This document shows, in pieces, positions 30,701 to 48,800 of a DNA stretch of 64,000 bases (its first letter is position 1; each line of letters starts with the position of its first letter). A program made the position numbers and the translations under genes. This DNA is from Euglena gracilis. Taxonomy: Eukaryota. The DNA lies in contig CP154954.1 in the NCBI GenBank assembly GCA_039621445.1, forward strand, positions 27,392,123 through 27,456,122, given 5' to 3'. Under the pieces are notes generated by a model. That model worked only from the letters and a program-made list of their open reading frames with translations, was not told the origin of the DNA and did no database searches.

Positions 30701-31608
30701 GGCTCAATCCTTGAGATTGCATTAACACGTACAAACCCGTGCCAATCTTCCAAAATCGTCCAAACGTGCACTTATGTGTAAACGTTTGGACAATTTTCAT
30801 TAAAAAAAATCTCAGAAAAACTCCGCAAATGCGCAAACTGGTGTAGGCAAAAAGGCAAAAAGAGGCAAAAAAGAAATGCCCATTTCGTAACTGGTGTAAC
30901 CCCTCTCAATTTGCATTGGGGTTTGATTTTGCAGTTTTATGTTTCTTCCCTGGAGAACATGGTTTTTTTGTACACACCCAGGTTGCTGTCACCATAATGC
31001 TTTAAAAAACGCCCAATCTTGCCACGGGTGGGGATGCATTTTGTCAAATCTCCCCCTTGACGGAAAGCAGGGTTCGGAACCCCACCTGGCCTGAATGTCA
31101 AATTTCACCACCCCGCCCTTCTATGTACAGGGTAATCTCGAAAGCACTGCCTGACTGTGTGGTGCAAACCCCCCAATAACAACATGCCGGGGGCATATTT
31201 CCGGGGCATATTTTTGGCACGTTTATATTGGTGGTGCAGACTTTCCCCCCTTCCAAGTACCCCCCTCCCCCGCTGCACCCTGAGAGAAACCAAGCAGAGA
31301 GTCATCGATTTCTCTCCGAGCGGCGTATTTTGGGGGGAAATAATACAGCCAGCTCGAGGCAGCACCAACGTGATATAACGTGCCAAGGGCGTGCGCAATT
31401 CCGAAATTATGCCGACGGATGCGGGTTGCCGAAGGGCGCGAAAGGGGGCCCGGCCCTGCGGCCGGCGGGATGCGGGGCGCCGGGCTGCCCCAGCACCCCC
31501 GCTCCCCCGTCCCTTACCGGACCGGCGCCGGCCGCAGCCGCCGATCCCCCACCCCTCCGGTCGCTGCCCATCGCTGTGTCACGCCGGTGCTCGGCCGGCC
31601 CCGGCAGC

Positions 31609-38355
<6,747 letters not shown>

Positions 38356-39783
38356 CGCTGACCCCGGCGGGACGCGTCACGTGCTTGTGTTGGCAGCTGC
38401 AGCGATATTACAGCGTTACGCAGGCCTCCTCTGAATGCTCCCTCATTTTACGTTGTTTGGTGCATGGAATGGTCTGCACAACCCTTGCCCCTGCTTGGGA
38501 AAACATGTTCAATGTGTGAATTTTTATTTTCTCAGTCTTGAGATTTTTCCTCGACTTTTTTTTCAGGCGGTTTGCTTCTTGATGATGCTGCAAGTGAGGA
38601 TTCCGGCAATTCTGAGCCCAGTGGCACAGGGGCAAGTGATGGCAGCCCAGCATGGCCGTCAGCCTCGCGACGGTTATCCTTTCTTTCCCCCCATTAAATT
38701 GCTGTTGGTTGTAATATTTGCACCTATCTGCACCGTCATCGTTCCTCGCACAGACCTGGGCTGCATATGGAATTTTATTTCCATGTGTCACACAGATTTT
38801 GAAGGCCAGAACCCCAATTGGAGCGAATTCCGGGTGCTGAAAGGCCAGCCCCGAATTGGAGCGAATTCCAGGTGCTGAAAGGCCAAAAAGTTGCGTTTGA
38901 AGCACATCGTCCGGATGCAAGTTGGTTGCCGCTATTTTTTCTCTCTTAAATTTAGCGTTTGTCTCCCGACGCACCATTTGGAGAAAATAGAAAACTTCGG
39001 GGGAGTGGGGTAGCGAACGCAGGAAGAAGTCCGGCAGCTGGGCCAAAATTTTGAGTCCTCTTTGAGCGTGCGCGTTCATCCGAATCGACAGGCAGCAATT
39101 CAGAGGGCCTCCGGCGAGCAAGGCATGTGAGTCAAAAGCGCCACTCACTGCCAAATGCCAGAAAGTGAACCAGGAACTTCAAGCCCGAGGCCGGCGGGAA
39201 ATGGGGGCCAGGGGGAAGGAAGAGGCGGGAAGGGACAAGAGCCCAGGTCGGCGCCACATCGTCCGCAAACAGGGACCCCAAACCCACCCAAAAAAGCACC
39301 GCCGGCGAGCAAGGCACGGCCTCGCAAGGACTTTGTCCCTGGTCGGTGTTTCTCAAACGTGCCAAAAAAAACCACATACCACACAGCTGGCTGGCATCCC
39401 CTCCAAAGTGGCACGCAACTGGAGGTGGCCCACCCAACCAGCCAAACCCACCCAAAATGGGCTGAAAAAGCTGGAAATTGTTTTTCGGCCCATCGCCCCC
39501 CCCCCCGAGGGGGGTCCAACAGCCAAACCACCCCGCACCCACTGGGGGGTCACACAGGTGTTGAATCTCGGCCCAAACCACCCCCAAAGGGTTTTCAGAG
39601 TTTAAAAGGCTTCAAAGCGGTTCGTTCTCTTCGACAAAAGTGTTCAGAAAGCAGTTCCGTCCAAGATCACAGTGGGATGGATTACAGCGCGCTTTCTGAC
39701 CCCGTGACAACTTGTGCATGCGGCACCCTGCGCACGCAGCTGACCATTCATTACAGTCATACGGAGGAAGGCCGTTTCTCAGC

Positions 39784-40072
39784 CAGGGGTTTTTTTGAGA
39801 CCGGGGGGGAGGGGGTCGGCACCCACCCACCAACCCCCTGGGGTTGGGCCGCCCCCCCGGGGGGGGGGGGTCCTGGGGGACCCACCCAGTTTTGCCTGAA
39901 AATGGCCAAAAATGGCAATAGCACCTTATTACAAAAATAGCACCTTATTCAAAATTTTCGGCGCCAAAAAAGATATACCCAGACCCTACCCCCACCCCCC
40001 CCCCCGGGAGAGGAAGGGACCCACCCACCCTACCCCCCTCCCCCAGGGGGTCCGAGACTCAAAAAACCCCTG
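39784..40072. mobile_element. hAT-like MITE inserted at the LYS2-like stop codon
   Basis: TIR CAGGGGTTTTTT...AAAAAACCCCTG with perfect 8-bp TSD TTCTCAGC (39776-39783, 40073-40080). Confidence 0.9.
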
Positions 40073-40075
40073 TTC

Positions 40076-42792
40076 TCAGCGCTGGTCAGGGCGGGGGGCG
40101 ATGCGGGTGATCAGCAGGTGGGTCTTCCCGGACGGCTTCAGCCGGTCGTTGGGCGGCATGAAGCCCAGGTCCACCAGGTACTGGAGGTAGACGTCCATGG
40201 TGGCGTCGATGTCGGGGAACGAGAAGCCGCCGGGGACGCTCGCCAGGCCCGCATCCAGATTTGTCCGCTCCCACTTGGCCGCAGGCCACAGAGGGCTTCG
40301 GTGTAGGCGAAAAAAGGGGGAATGACAGCAAATAAACACAAGTGCTAAGTATAAGCCCAGTATAAATCACTTGGCAGTATAAACACTACGCTCGCCCTTT
40401 CAGCATGCCATCATCATGCAAAAAAAAATCTTGGCGAGCGCCGGGAACAGGCTTCTTTTTAAGACCCCCGGGGGGGGGGGGGAGGGGGGGTCCCCCCCAC
40501 CCACCCAGGGTGGCGCGGGACCCCCGCCCCCCAGGGGGGGCAGGGATGGATGGGAAGCCTTGAGGGGGGGGGGGGGTGGGTCGGACCCCCCCTCCCGACA
40601 CGGAGGGGGGGGGGGGTGGGTCGGGCCCCCCCCTCCTACCTCGAAACTGAGGGGGGGCCGAAATTTTTTCGATTTCATGGACGGGCAAAGGGCCAGAAAT
40701 CGGGTCGGAATCGGTCAAAAACACCTGATTTTTCTTTGAAAATCGTTCCAAAAATGCTCATTTTTTGAATTTTTTTGAACATGTTTTTGGGGGAAAACAC
40801 CAACACATCAAAAAATGGGCAATATGGCCAAAAGTCAGCAAAAGGGGTGTTTTTTGCTCATTTTCCGGCGCGCAGCGCTGGAAGAAAATTTTCTGCTATT
40901 TTTGGCACCTGTCAAGGAGGGGGGGGTGGGGGGGTCCGGACCCCCCCTCCCAACATCTAGGGGGGGGGGGGGGTCCGGACCCCCCCCCTACCCCCTTACC
41001 CCCCCAGGGGGGGGGGGTGGTCGGGACCCCCCCCTACCACCTACCTCAATACCGAAGGGCTTCCCATCCATCCCTGGGGGGGGGACCCCCCCAAAATTGG
41101 GCCCGCTAAAGGCAATTTTCAAAAATTTTCGGTGCTTCGCGCCGAAAAGGTATACCCGGCGCCTCCGGCGCGGGACCCCCGGGGGGGGGGGGGTCAGGTG
41201 ACTTAAAAAGAAGCCTGGCCCGGGAACCCCAAAGAGAAAAAGGTTTCTAGGCTCAAAAAATGCTTCCAAAAAAAACAGTCTCTGGTGGTGGGCGCCTTGG
41301 GCAGCCTGGGCGGGGCGGATGCGCGTGTCCAGCCAGTTCTCTGTGAAGGTTGGCAGGATGGCCGTGAGGGCGTTGGGCTCGGCGCTGTCTCCCTGGCCGG
41401 CGATGGCGGCGATCAGCCGCTGCCACCCCCAGAGGCGTGTTTCCCGTTGGGGCGGGGGGGCGGACCAGGTGATGGGCCACGGTTGGATGCGCAAAAACAG
41501 CCTTCTTTTCCACACCACCTGCCCAGCGTGGGATACCCCCAGAGGGTTTGAAATGAGCGGGAGGGAGGGGGGGAGGGGGTGGGGTGGATCTACTGGAGGG
41601 ACTGGAGGAGCAAGCCCAAAGAAGATGGGAACATCCTTCTGGCTGCCACTCAGCATATGGTACAGGGGTGACGGCGTAACCATTGCGCCTGTCCGAGGAA
41701 GTGAGAAGCAGTGGCACAGCAATTCTTGCAATGAACGGCAGGGCAGCAAAACTGTTCCTGTTTTCCTTATGGCGGCTGTACATCAGGGAGTTTCTTGGCA
41801 ACATGTGTGCGTAATGGTTGCCCATAACCCGGATTAACCCGGATTCAAATTCAGATACTGATAATTTAGAATTATAATCCCCCCCCAAAAACAGCAAAGC
41901 CCAAAAAGAAATAAAAACCAAAGGCCATAAAAAATTTGTGACTTTTAAACTTAACCAACTAGGGCCACTCCTCAGGAGCTCAAAAAATGCCATTTTTGGC
42001 ATGTTTAGTCCTTTTCTTAAAAAAAAATGTTGGTTGGTGCTCTGGTCCAGTATCATATTTTTTTAAGCATGCATGCTGTATGCTGCCTGGTTTATTATGC
42101 AAAGTGAAAGTGAAATAACATTTGTTCGGGGAATTCTTAAGCCGGACCCCTCAGGCCCCCCAACGTTCAAGTGGCAACAAAATTTGCTGACGGGCATTCT
42201 TACGTGAAGAATGCACACGCACAGAAAAACCACACGCAGGGAGATGAGGATAACAGCAACACACCGCAGTGACTCAAAATAGCGTGGGTAGGGGAAGAGC
42301 TGTGGGGACACGACGTGGTACGTCTTGCCATGCGTGTCGGGGTTGATGGCCAGCCGGACCACCGCCCCCGCGACGTAATCCACGGGCGACATGTCGATCC
42401 CCAAGTGCCCCGGCAGATCCGGGTGCAGGCCCAATTGGGTGCAGCCCTTGAGGAAGCGGCAGAGGAAATCGTCCGTGGTCCACTTGCCGGTCTGCGAATC
42501 ACCTGAAGGACAAGAGGGGAGGCGGCAGGATGGGGGGCTTGGCTTGCAGCACCGCTTGGCCAAAATCAGGGCTGGGGGTCTGCAAATCCTTTGAAGAGAA
42601 ACCACGTGCCTGTATTGGCGACATTTCTCTGGTGGACCCTGATGCTCGTGGCTGAGATTCGCAAGAGGAGACACCCGCTGCAGGAGGTTAAGGAGAGCAG
42701 CAGCAGCAGCAGCAACAACAACACCAACACCAACAATCTCCATTTGTGTTTGTTGTTGTTGTTGTTGTTGTTGTTGCTGTTGTTGTTGTTGC

Positions 42793-42844
<52 letters not shown>

Positions 42845-45800
42845 GCTGTTGTTGTTGTTGTTGTTGTTATTTGTGGTGGTTGTTTTTACAGCGCCAACGT
42901 CGCCAGATGCTCGTCTTGCTTTGATGCAAAAGCAGAAAGGGCAGAAGAAATCCCATCATTCATCTTTAGGGGCTGCTGGGCTGGGGCAAAATTGGGTATG
43001 GTTGCACCCTCTGGAAGGTTCTGCAAGACGTTGCAACGATGTGTAACCCCTTTCTCATGGGAGAAGCGGAAGCCCTTGTGTTCCCCTGACACGCACACAC
43101 ACACACAGTGAGGCGCGCACCGGTGATGAAGCCGGGGCGGTAGACGGAGACGGGGATGCCCCGCCGCCGGGCGTTGCCCATCATGGCGTCGGCCACCCAC
43201 TTGCTCTGGCTGTAGCCCCCGTCAATGCCCTCCGTCACCGTGAGGTCCAGCAGCTCCAGAGCCAGGGAGGGGGGAGAGGAGCAGGTCATCGCCGCGGGGA
43301 ACCACAAATGCCCAAAAGGTGAGGAGGGGGGGTGGCAGCAACGGCCCCACTCCCTGGGTGGCACGGATGGCTTGGCCAGCAGGGAGGGGGTCTCGTACAC
43401 GTTGGTGGTGGAGATGTGGTGGCAGCTCTTCAGGCGCGACCCCGCGACGGCGAGCCGCAGCACCGACGGCAGGGCGCTTCGCCCCGAACCAATTGCCTTG
43501 AATGGCGGCCCATCTGGAGAAGCCGCGGGAACATGCTTCTTTTCGGAAATCACCCTTTTATGAGTTCTGGAAAAACTGCGGGTGCGGCTAGAAATTCAAC
43601 AGGCAGGCAATTCCATTGCCAAACTTGGCATTCAGGGTGACAAACACGGTGAGTTCTTTGGCCCTTTTCACTGAACCCAACTTGTCAAAAACCGCCCCGA
43701 AGGTTGAGTTTCGATTTCCAAGGGCATTGGGCTTGGCTTTCGACCATTTGTTCCATATTTGGTACATAAAAAAAGCCGAATAGAGGACATGGGCTTCTGC
43801 CCACACAATGTCCAGGAGTGCCCTGCTCTCTGCCGTGCCGCCGACGTTGATGGGCTTCAGGGTGTAGTAGTCGTGCAGCCAGTTCACCCACGCCCCGACG
43901 TGGAACAGGACGTCGGTGTTGTTGGCCACGTCCTCGTAGGCTTCAGGCGTCAGCCCCAGCTTGGGCTTGGCGAGGTTGCCCGGCAAGATGCGCAGGCGGC
44001 CCTCGCACGCGTCGGTCCACCGACCGATGGCCTCCAGCGCGCAGCTGCACACCCTCCCTTGCAGGCATGGACACCCCGGGGCCCATACCCATGAGGCTAA
44101 ACCTGGGCCTCTGGACCAGGACCCCCCCCTGGGCTTTAAAGCGGAAAGCCACAATGACGTCCATTTTGACCATTTTTGGAACTTTGAGTTGCCTTTTTTG
44201 CCAAAAAAAATATTCATTACCACTGACAAAAATTTCCCGCTATTTTCCCTCAACTTTTGAATTTTCCCAATCATTTTTTCAAAAACAAAATATTGCCATA
44301 ATATTTTCCCCCATAATTTCTGTCTCCTGTAATTTTTGTCTGCATTGTACTGCAGAAAAGCAGCAAAAAGAGCAAGGGAGGGAGTGGCAGAGTCATCCGA
44401 GCCTTGGCCTCGTCGACGCTCTCACTCAGCACCAGGCAGTAGATGGGGCAGTCGGTGAGCTCCACCAAAGTGTGCACCACGAAGCTGCCCACGAACCCGT
44501 CCGCCCCCGTGACGAAGGCCTGTGAGGCAGCACCGCAGACAGCAACGAACAAAAAAAGGCTACGGAGGAGGACGTAAAGTGCGCAATGGCTCTGTTCAGT
44601 AACCTGGGCCATTCAAGGATTTTGTCTGATTTTTCTGCCACCAATTTTATCGGAACAAATTTATCTTTGCCCAATTCCCCATCGCACTGTGTATTTCAGG
44701 CAGGGGTTTTTTTAAGACCGGGGGGGGAGTCCCGGGGGACCCACAAAAAAAAATGGCCGAAAAATCGCGAAAGTGCTAAAACAGCACTTTTTCTGCGCCT
44801 TCGGCGCCGAAAAGTATATCCCCGGGGGGGGGGGGGGCTCAGCCGGACCCAACAACACTACCCCCCCCCGGGAGTCCACGACTAAAAAAAACCCTGATTT
44901 CAGCAGATTCCTTGGGGGAAAAGTAAAATTTTGGGCACGTCAGAAGCAACAAACAGTGGCAACTAACCCCAAAATTATTACCAAAACCCCGGTAATTATT
45001 TGGACACTCGAAATCGAGGGCCGGGAGTTTTTCCATTTGGTGGGTGTCATTTTTGCTGGGGGTGACACAACCTGGACCCTTGAAAAAAGCGATGCAAAAA
45101 GAAGCAAAGAAAACACAAAAAACCCACAAAAAACTCACAAAAAAAGCCAAAAAAACAACAAATTGCATGCAAAATATTTCAGTTGGCATCAGGGCGTTTC
45201 CCCCCCCAGGGGTCTGGGGCTGGAGCTGGGCCCAACTCGGGGTCGAACCGGGTACCAAAAAAAAATCGAAATCACAAAAATGCCCCAAAAACTGCCAATT
45301 ATGCAAAAAAAAAATGTATTATTTGACCCCAAATTTTTGTTGGCCAGCCTAAATTTGACCCATTTTCGCCCATTTTCGCCTATTTTTGACCCATTTTTGC
45401 ACCCCTGAAAACAAAAAATCCGTTACCGTCCAGCCGCCCTTTGGGCAGCTGGAAAATTTTCGTTGAAGGGGGGTTCCCGGGTTGGAAAAGGCTGCTGGCT
45501 GGCTGGCTGGACCCCCCGGGTGGGGTCAAATTTTCTTAAGCTATGCCCTGGCTGGCATGCACACTTTCCGCTTTCTGCTGGAGAGGATTTAGAAGTGGGG
45601 GGGGGGGCTTCTAATTGGGTACCCTTTTGCAGCCTAAAAAATCTTCTGCACTTTGTACCAGGTGTAAAAAGTCTGGCTTTTTGGACTTCGATGTGGAAAT
45701 TGCTCTTTTTTCATTTGCCAAGCGTCCTCTGTCCCAACCCCAGGGTTCGATATAAGGAGAGGAGGGGGGGGGTGGTCCGGACCCCCCCCCCTGCGGGCCA

Positions 45801-48800
45801 GGAGGGGGGGGGTGGGGGGACACCCTCCCCCACCTAAACAGTGGCGCGGTCAGGGTGACCGAAATTTTTTGACCCCCCAAATCGACCAAAGTGCCATTTT
45901 GGGCACTTTTTGGGCAAAAATTGGCCAAAAATGCAAAAAAAAATTCGCACAAAGCGCCGGAGGAAAAAATTGGGTACCCCCGGGTACCCCCCCCCAGGGT
46001 CGGTCCGGACCCCCCTTGCAGGTGGGGGGGGGCGGACCCCCCCTGCGGGCCGGGGGGGGGGGGGGGGACACCCCCCCACCTAAACCATGTACGCCCTCCT
46101 TATATCGAACCCTGCCCAATCCTCTCTCACCAGATGGTTCAAGAAACCAAAAGACTGCTAAGTGTGGCAAAAACCTGATCTCTGTTGCATTTGTGTGTCT
46201 GCAGTTTGCCAGCGCCTTGAATACATGCGGTTGCCTGGGGGGCTGCTATTTGGATTTTTGGTAGGTCAGACCAGGGCGGTCCTTAAGCAAAAAAAAAAAA
46301 ATCCCATCCCGGCACAGCCGAGAAATTTTTTTGAAAATCCATGACCGAAAAGTGGCCGTATTTTGCCCGAAACGGGTCGACTTCGGGAAAAAAAGTGATT
46401 CCTGGCACTTTTGGAACATCGCCCATCCGCCCATAGCGTCAAAAAATGCGTTTTTCGACTTTTTGGTTTTCGACCCCCGTTCAAGTCCCGGTCGATCCTT
46501 GGTCGGGGGGGCGGTCCTTAAGGGGCGGTCCTTAACGAAAAAAAAAAACTTCCCGTCCCTTATGGACCGCCCTGGGTCAGACCATAGCAGGCCCACACCG
46601 CTTCCTCCTGTCCACTAGAGGGCCAATGAAGCTGAAAAAGGATTAGGAAAGTGAGCCATTTCACCCATGGGCAAATCGTAACTTCTTTAAACACAAAAAG
46701 ACCCTTTTTTTTCGAATGTTTCTCAATGTTTTGTCAGAAAAAAACTTCCTCGACAAAAAAAACAGCAACCCTGGCTTGGGGGGGTTTGTTTTAGGAGCCC
46801 AATCTTTTCATTCCCTACCATTTGATGTTTTGAAATTTTCGATTTTTTGGCCCCAAAAGTCCAAAAAAAAAACTGCCCCAAAAGATGCCCCAAAACACCC
46901 CAAAATCAAATGAACTCAGAAAATGGCTGTTTTGGGCCACAAAACCAAGCCCGAACATGTGCCAGGTGTGTCGGCGGCTAAAAATGACGAATGGGGGGGG
47001 TTAGAGGGTCTCCAGAGGCACATTTGGTCTGGCAGACACTTTCGGCAATAATGTGCGACATTCTTTTGAAAAATTGATTTCTCAACCCAAAACCTTACCC
47101 CGGCGAAACGGCAGAGTCGAAACTGGGGGGTGGGGCTAATCCTACCCAGGACCTGGAGTCCCCTTTGTCGGCTGAATAACTCGGGCCTGGATGGGAGTTC
47201 GGTGTCAAACAATTTGGAAAGCTGGGATCCAGTCGCTTGCGATTGAAAATTTTTTTCTGGGAATGGGTTCGGGGTCATGGTGATAATCCGCTGTTCTCAT
47301 GACCAACCTGTGGGGGGGTCCCCCTTTTCCCGGTGTTAAGCTTCACTGTTAAGCAACACTGAAGAGATAAGAGCTCAGCGATAAATACCCCCCAGGGATG
47401 TATGGGAAGCCTGTCGGTTTGAGGTTGGAGTAGGGGTCTTGACCCCTACTAGATGTTGGGTGGGGGTGTCCGGACCATCCTTGGCAGGTTCTAAAAATGG
47501 CTAAATTTTAGTTTCCGGCGCTGTTGTGCTGGGAAGTCCTCTTCCTCATTTTAATCATGTTGCACACTCAGTCATATTGCACATTTCTGGATGTTGTACT
47601 GTTTTCCACATTAAAAAAAAATGCCAAAAAATCAAAATGAGCATTTTCAGAATTTTTTTCAAAGAAGGATCAGGATTTCCCAACAATTTGGTCTGGTATC
47701 CGGTACCCTTTGACCATCCACAGACCAAAAATTTTCCTGGCCCCTTACCGTTTCGAGGTCGGGGGCTCCCATCCCTCTGTGAGTCATTGTCTGGTGCATA
47801 TGCGTCACAGTCCACAGATGTGCGTCACTGTCCGGTGGAGGTGTGTCACCGTTCGGTGGTTGTGCATCATTGTCGGGTGGGTGTGCATCACAGTCCGGTT
47901 TGATGTGTTGGGAGGGGGAGTCCGGACCGCTCCTTAAAATGTGACCCCCCCCCCCCCCCCGCTGGGTGTTGCTGATTGTTTTTTTTCAGACCCCCCCCTT
48001 CTGGCAGTGTGGGCAGCTTGGAATTCCTGAAAATGGTCACCCGGCGCTGGAAAATTTTTGGGATTTTGGCCAAAATCCCTTGATTTTAGGCCATTTTGGC
48101 TATGTGGCCAAAGTGGCCGACGCCCCCCCCCCCCCGGGTGGAAGTGGGTGACTGGTTTTTGAAAACGGCAAGCTACCCTCTACCCCGGGGTGGGGGGGGG
48201 GTTGGTAAGCAATGGTATGGTCTTGACCTCAGGACTTCCCAAACATCCCTGCCCCCCCCCCAAGTACTAATTTTGGCTGCCCAATAATAAACTATCCCTT
48301 CCACACTGTGGAAAAAGGCACAGAAAAAGGAATAAAAATCATCAAAAGCATTGCAAAAATGACAAAAAAGGATGAATTAGTCAGAATAGTAGTCGGAATA
48401 GTAGTCGCAAAAGGGTGCCTGTTTGTGGGGGAAAAAAAAGACCCTAAGTTGCAAAAAGGGGCACAGGTGCCCTGTTGATTCTTTTGTCAATTTTTGATTT
48501 TTGAACATTTTGCAAATACATGACAGGGCAAAGCGTTTTTTGGGTTTTTTTGATTTTAGGAAAATTTATATTTCTGCATTTTTGTTGTGTTTTGTGTTTT
48601 TTTTTGTGGTTTTTTCTATTTTCCCCTGACAATTTTTTGTCTCTTTTGTCATTTTTGCATTTTTTTGTAAAAAAAAGAATTGCAGACTGACCGAATAGTG
48701 CCCTGGGGGGCTTCTAACTGGGGAGGGGGGTTAAAGCGCTGGGGACCATCCATCACCCCACATCTCCAGGGCCAGCTGCGCGCCTGTGCGTGCCACCGGC

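Noticed and set aside
41420-41650. Direct repeat GTGGCAGC as the TSD of intron 41644-41425
   Set aside because: It is offset by 3 nt from the stem end and would shorten the WxxxL spacing; treated as coincidence.
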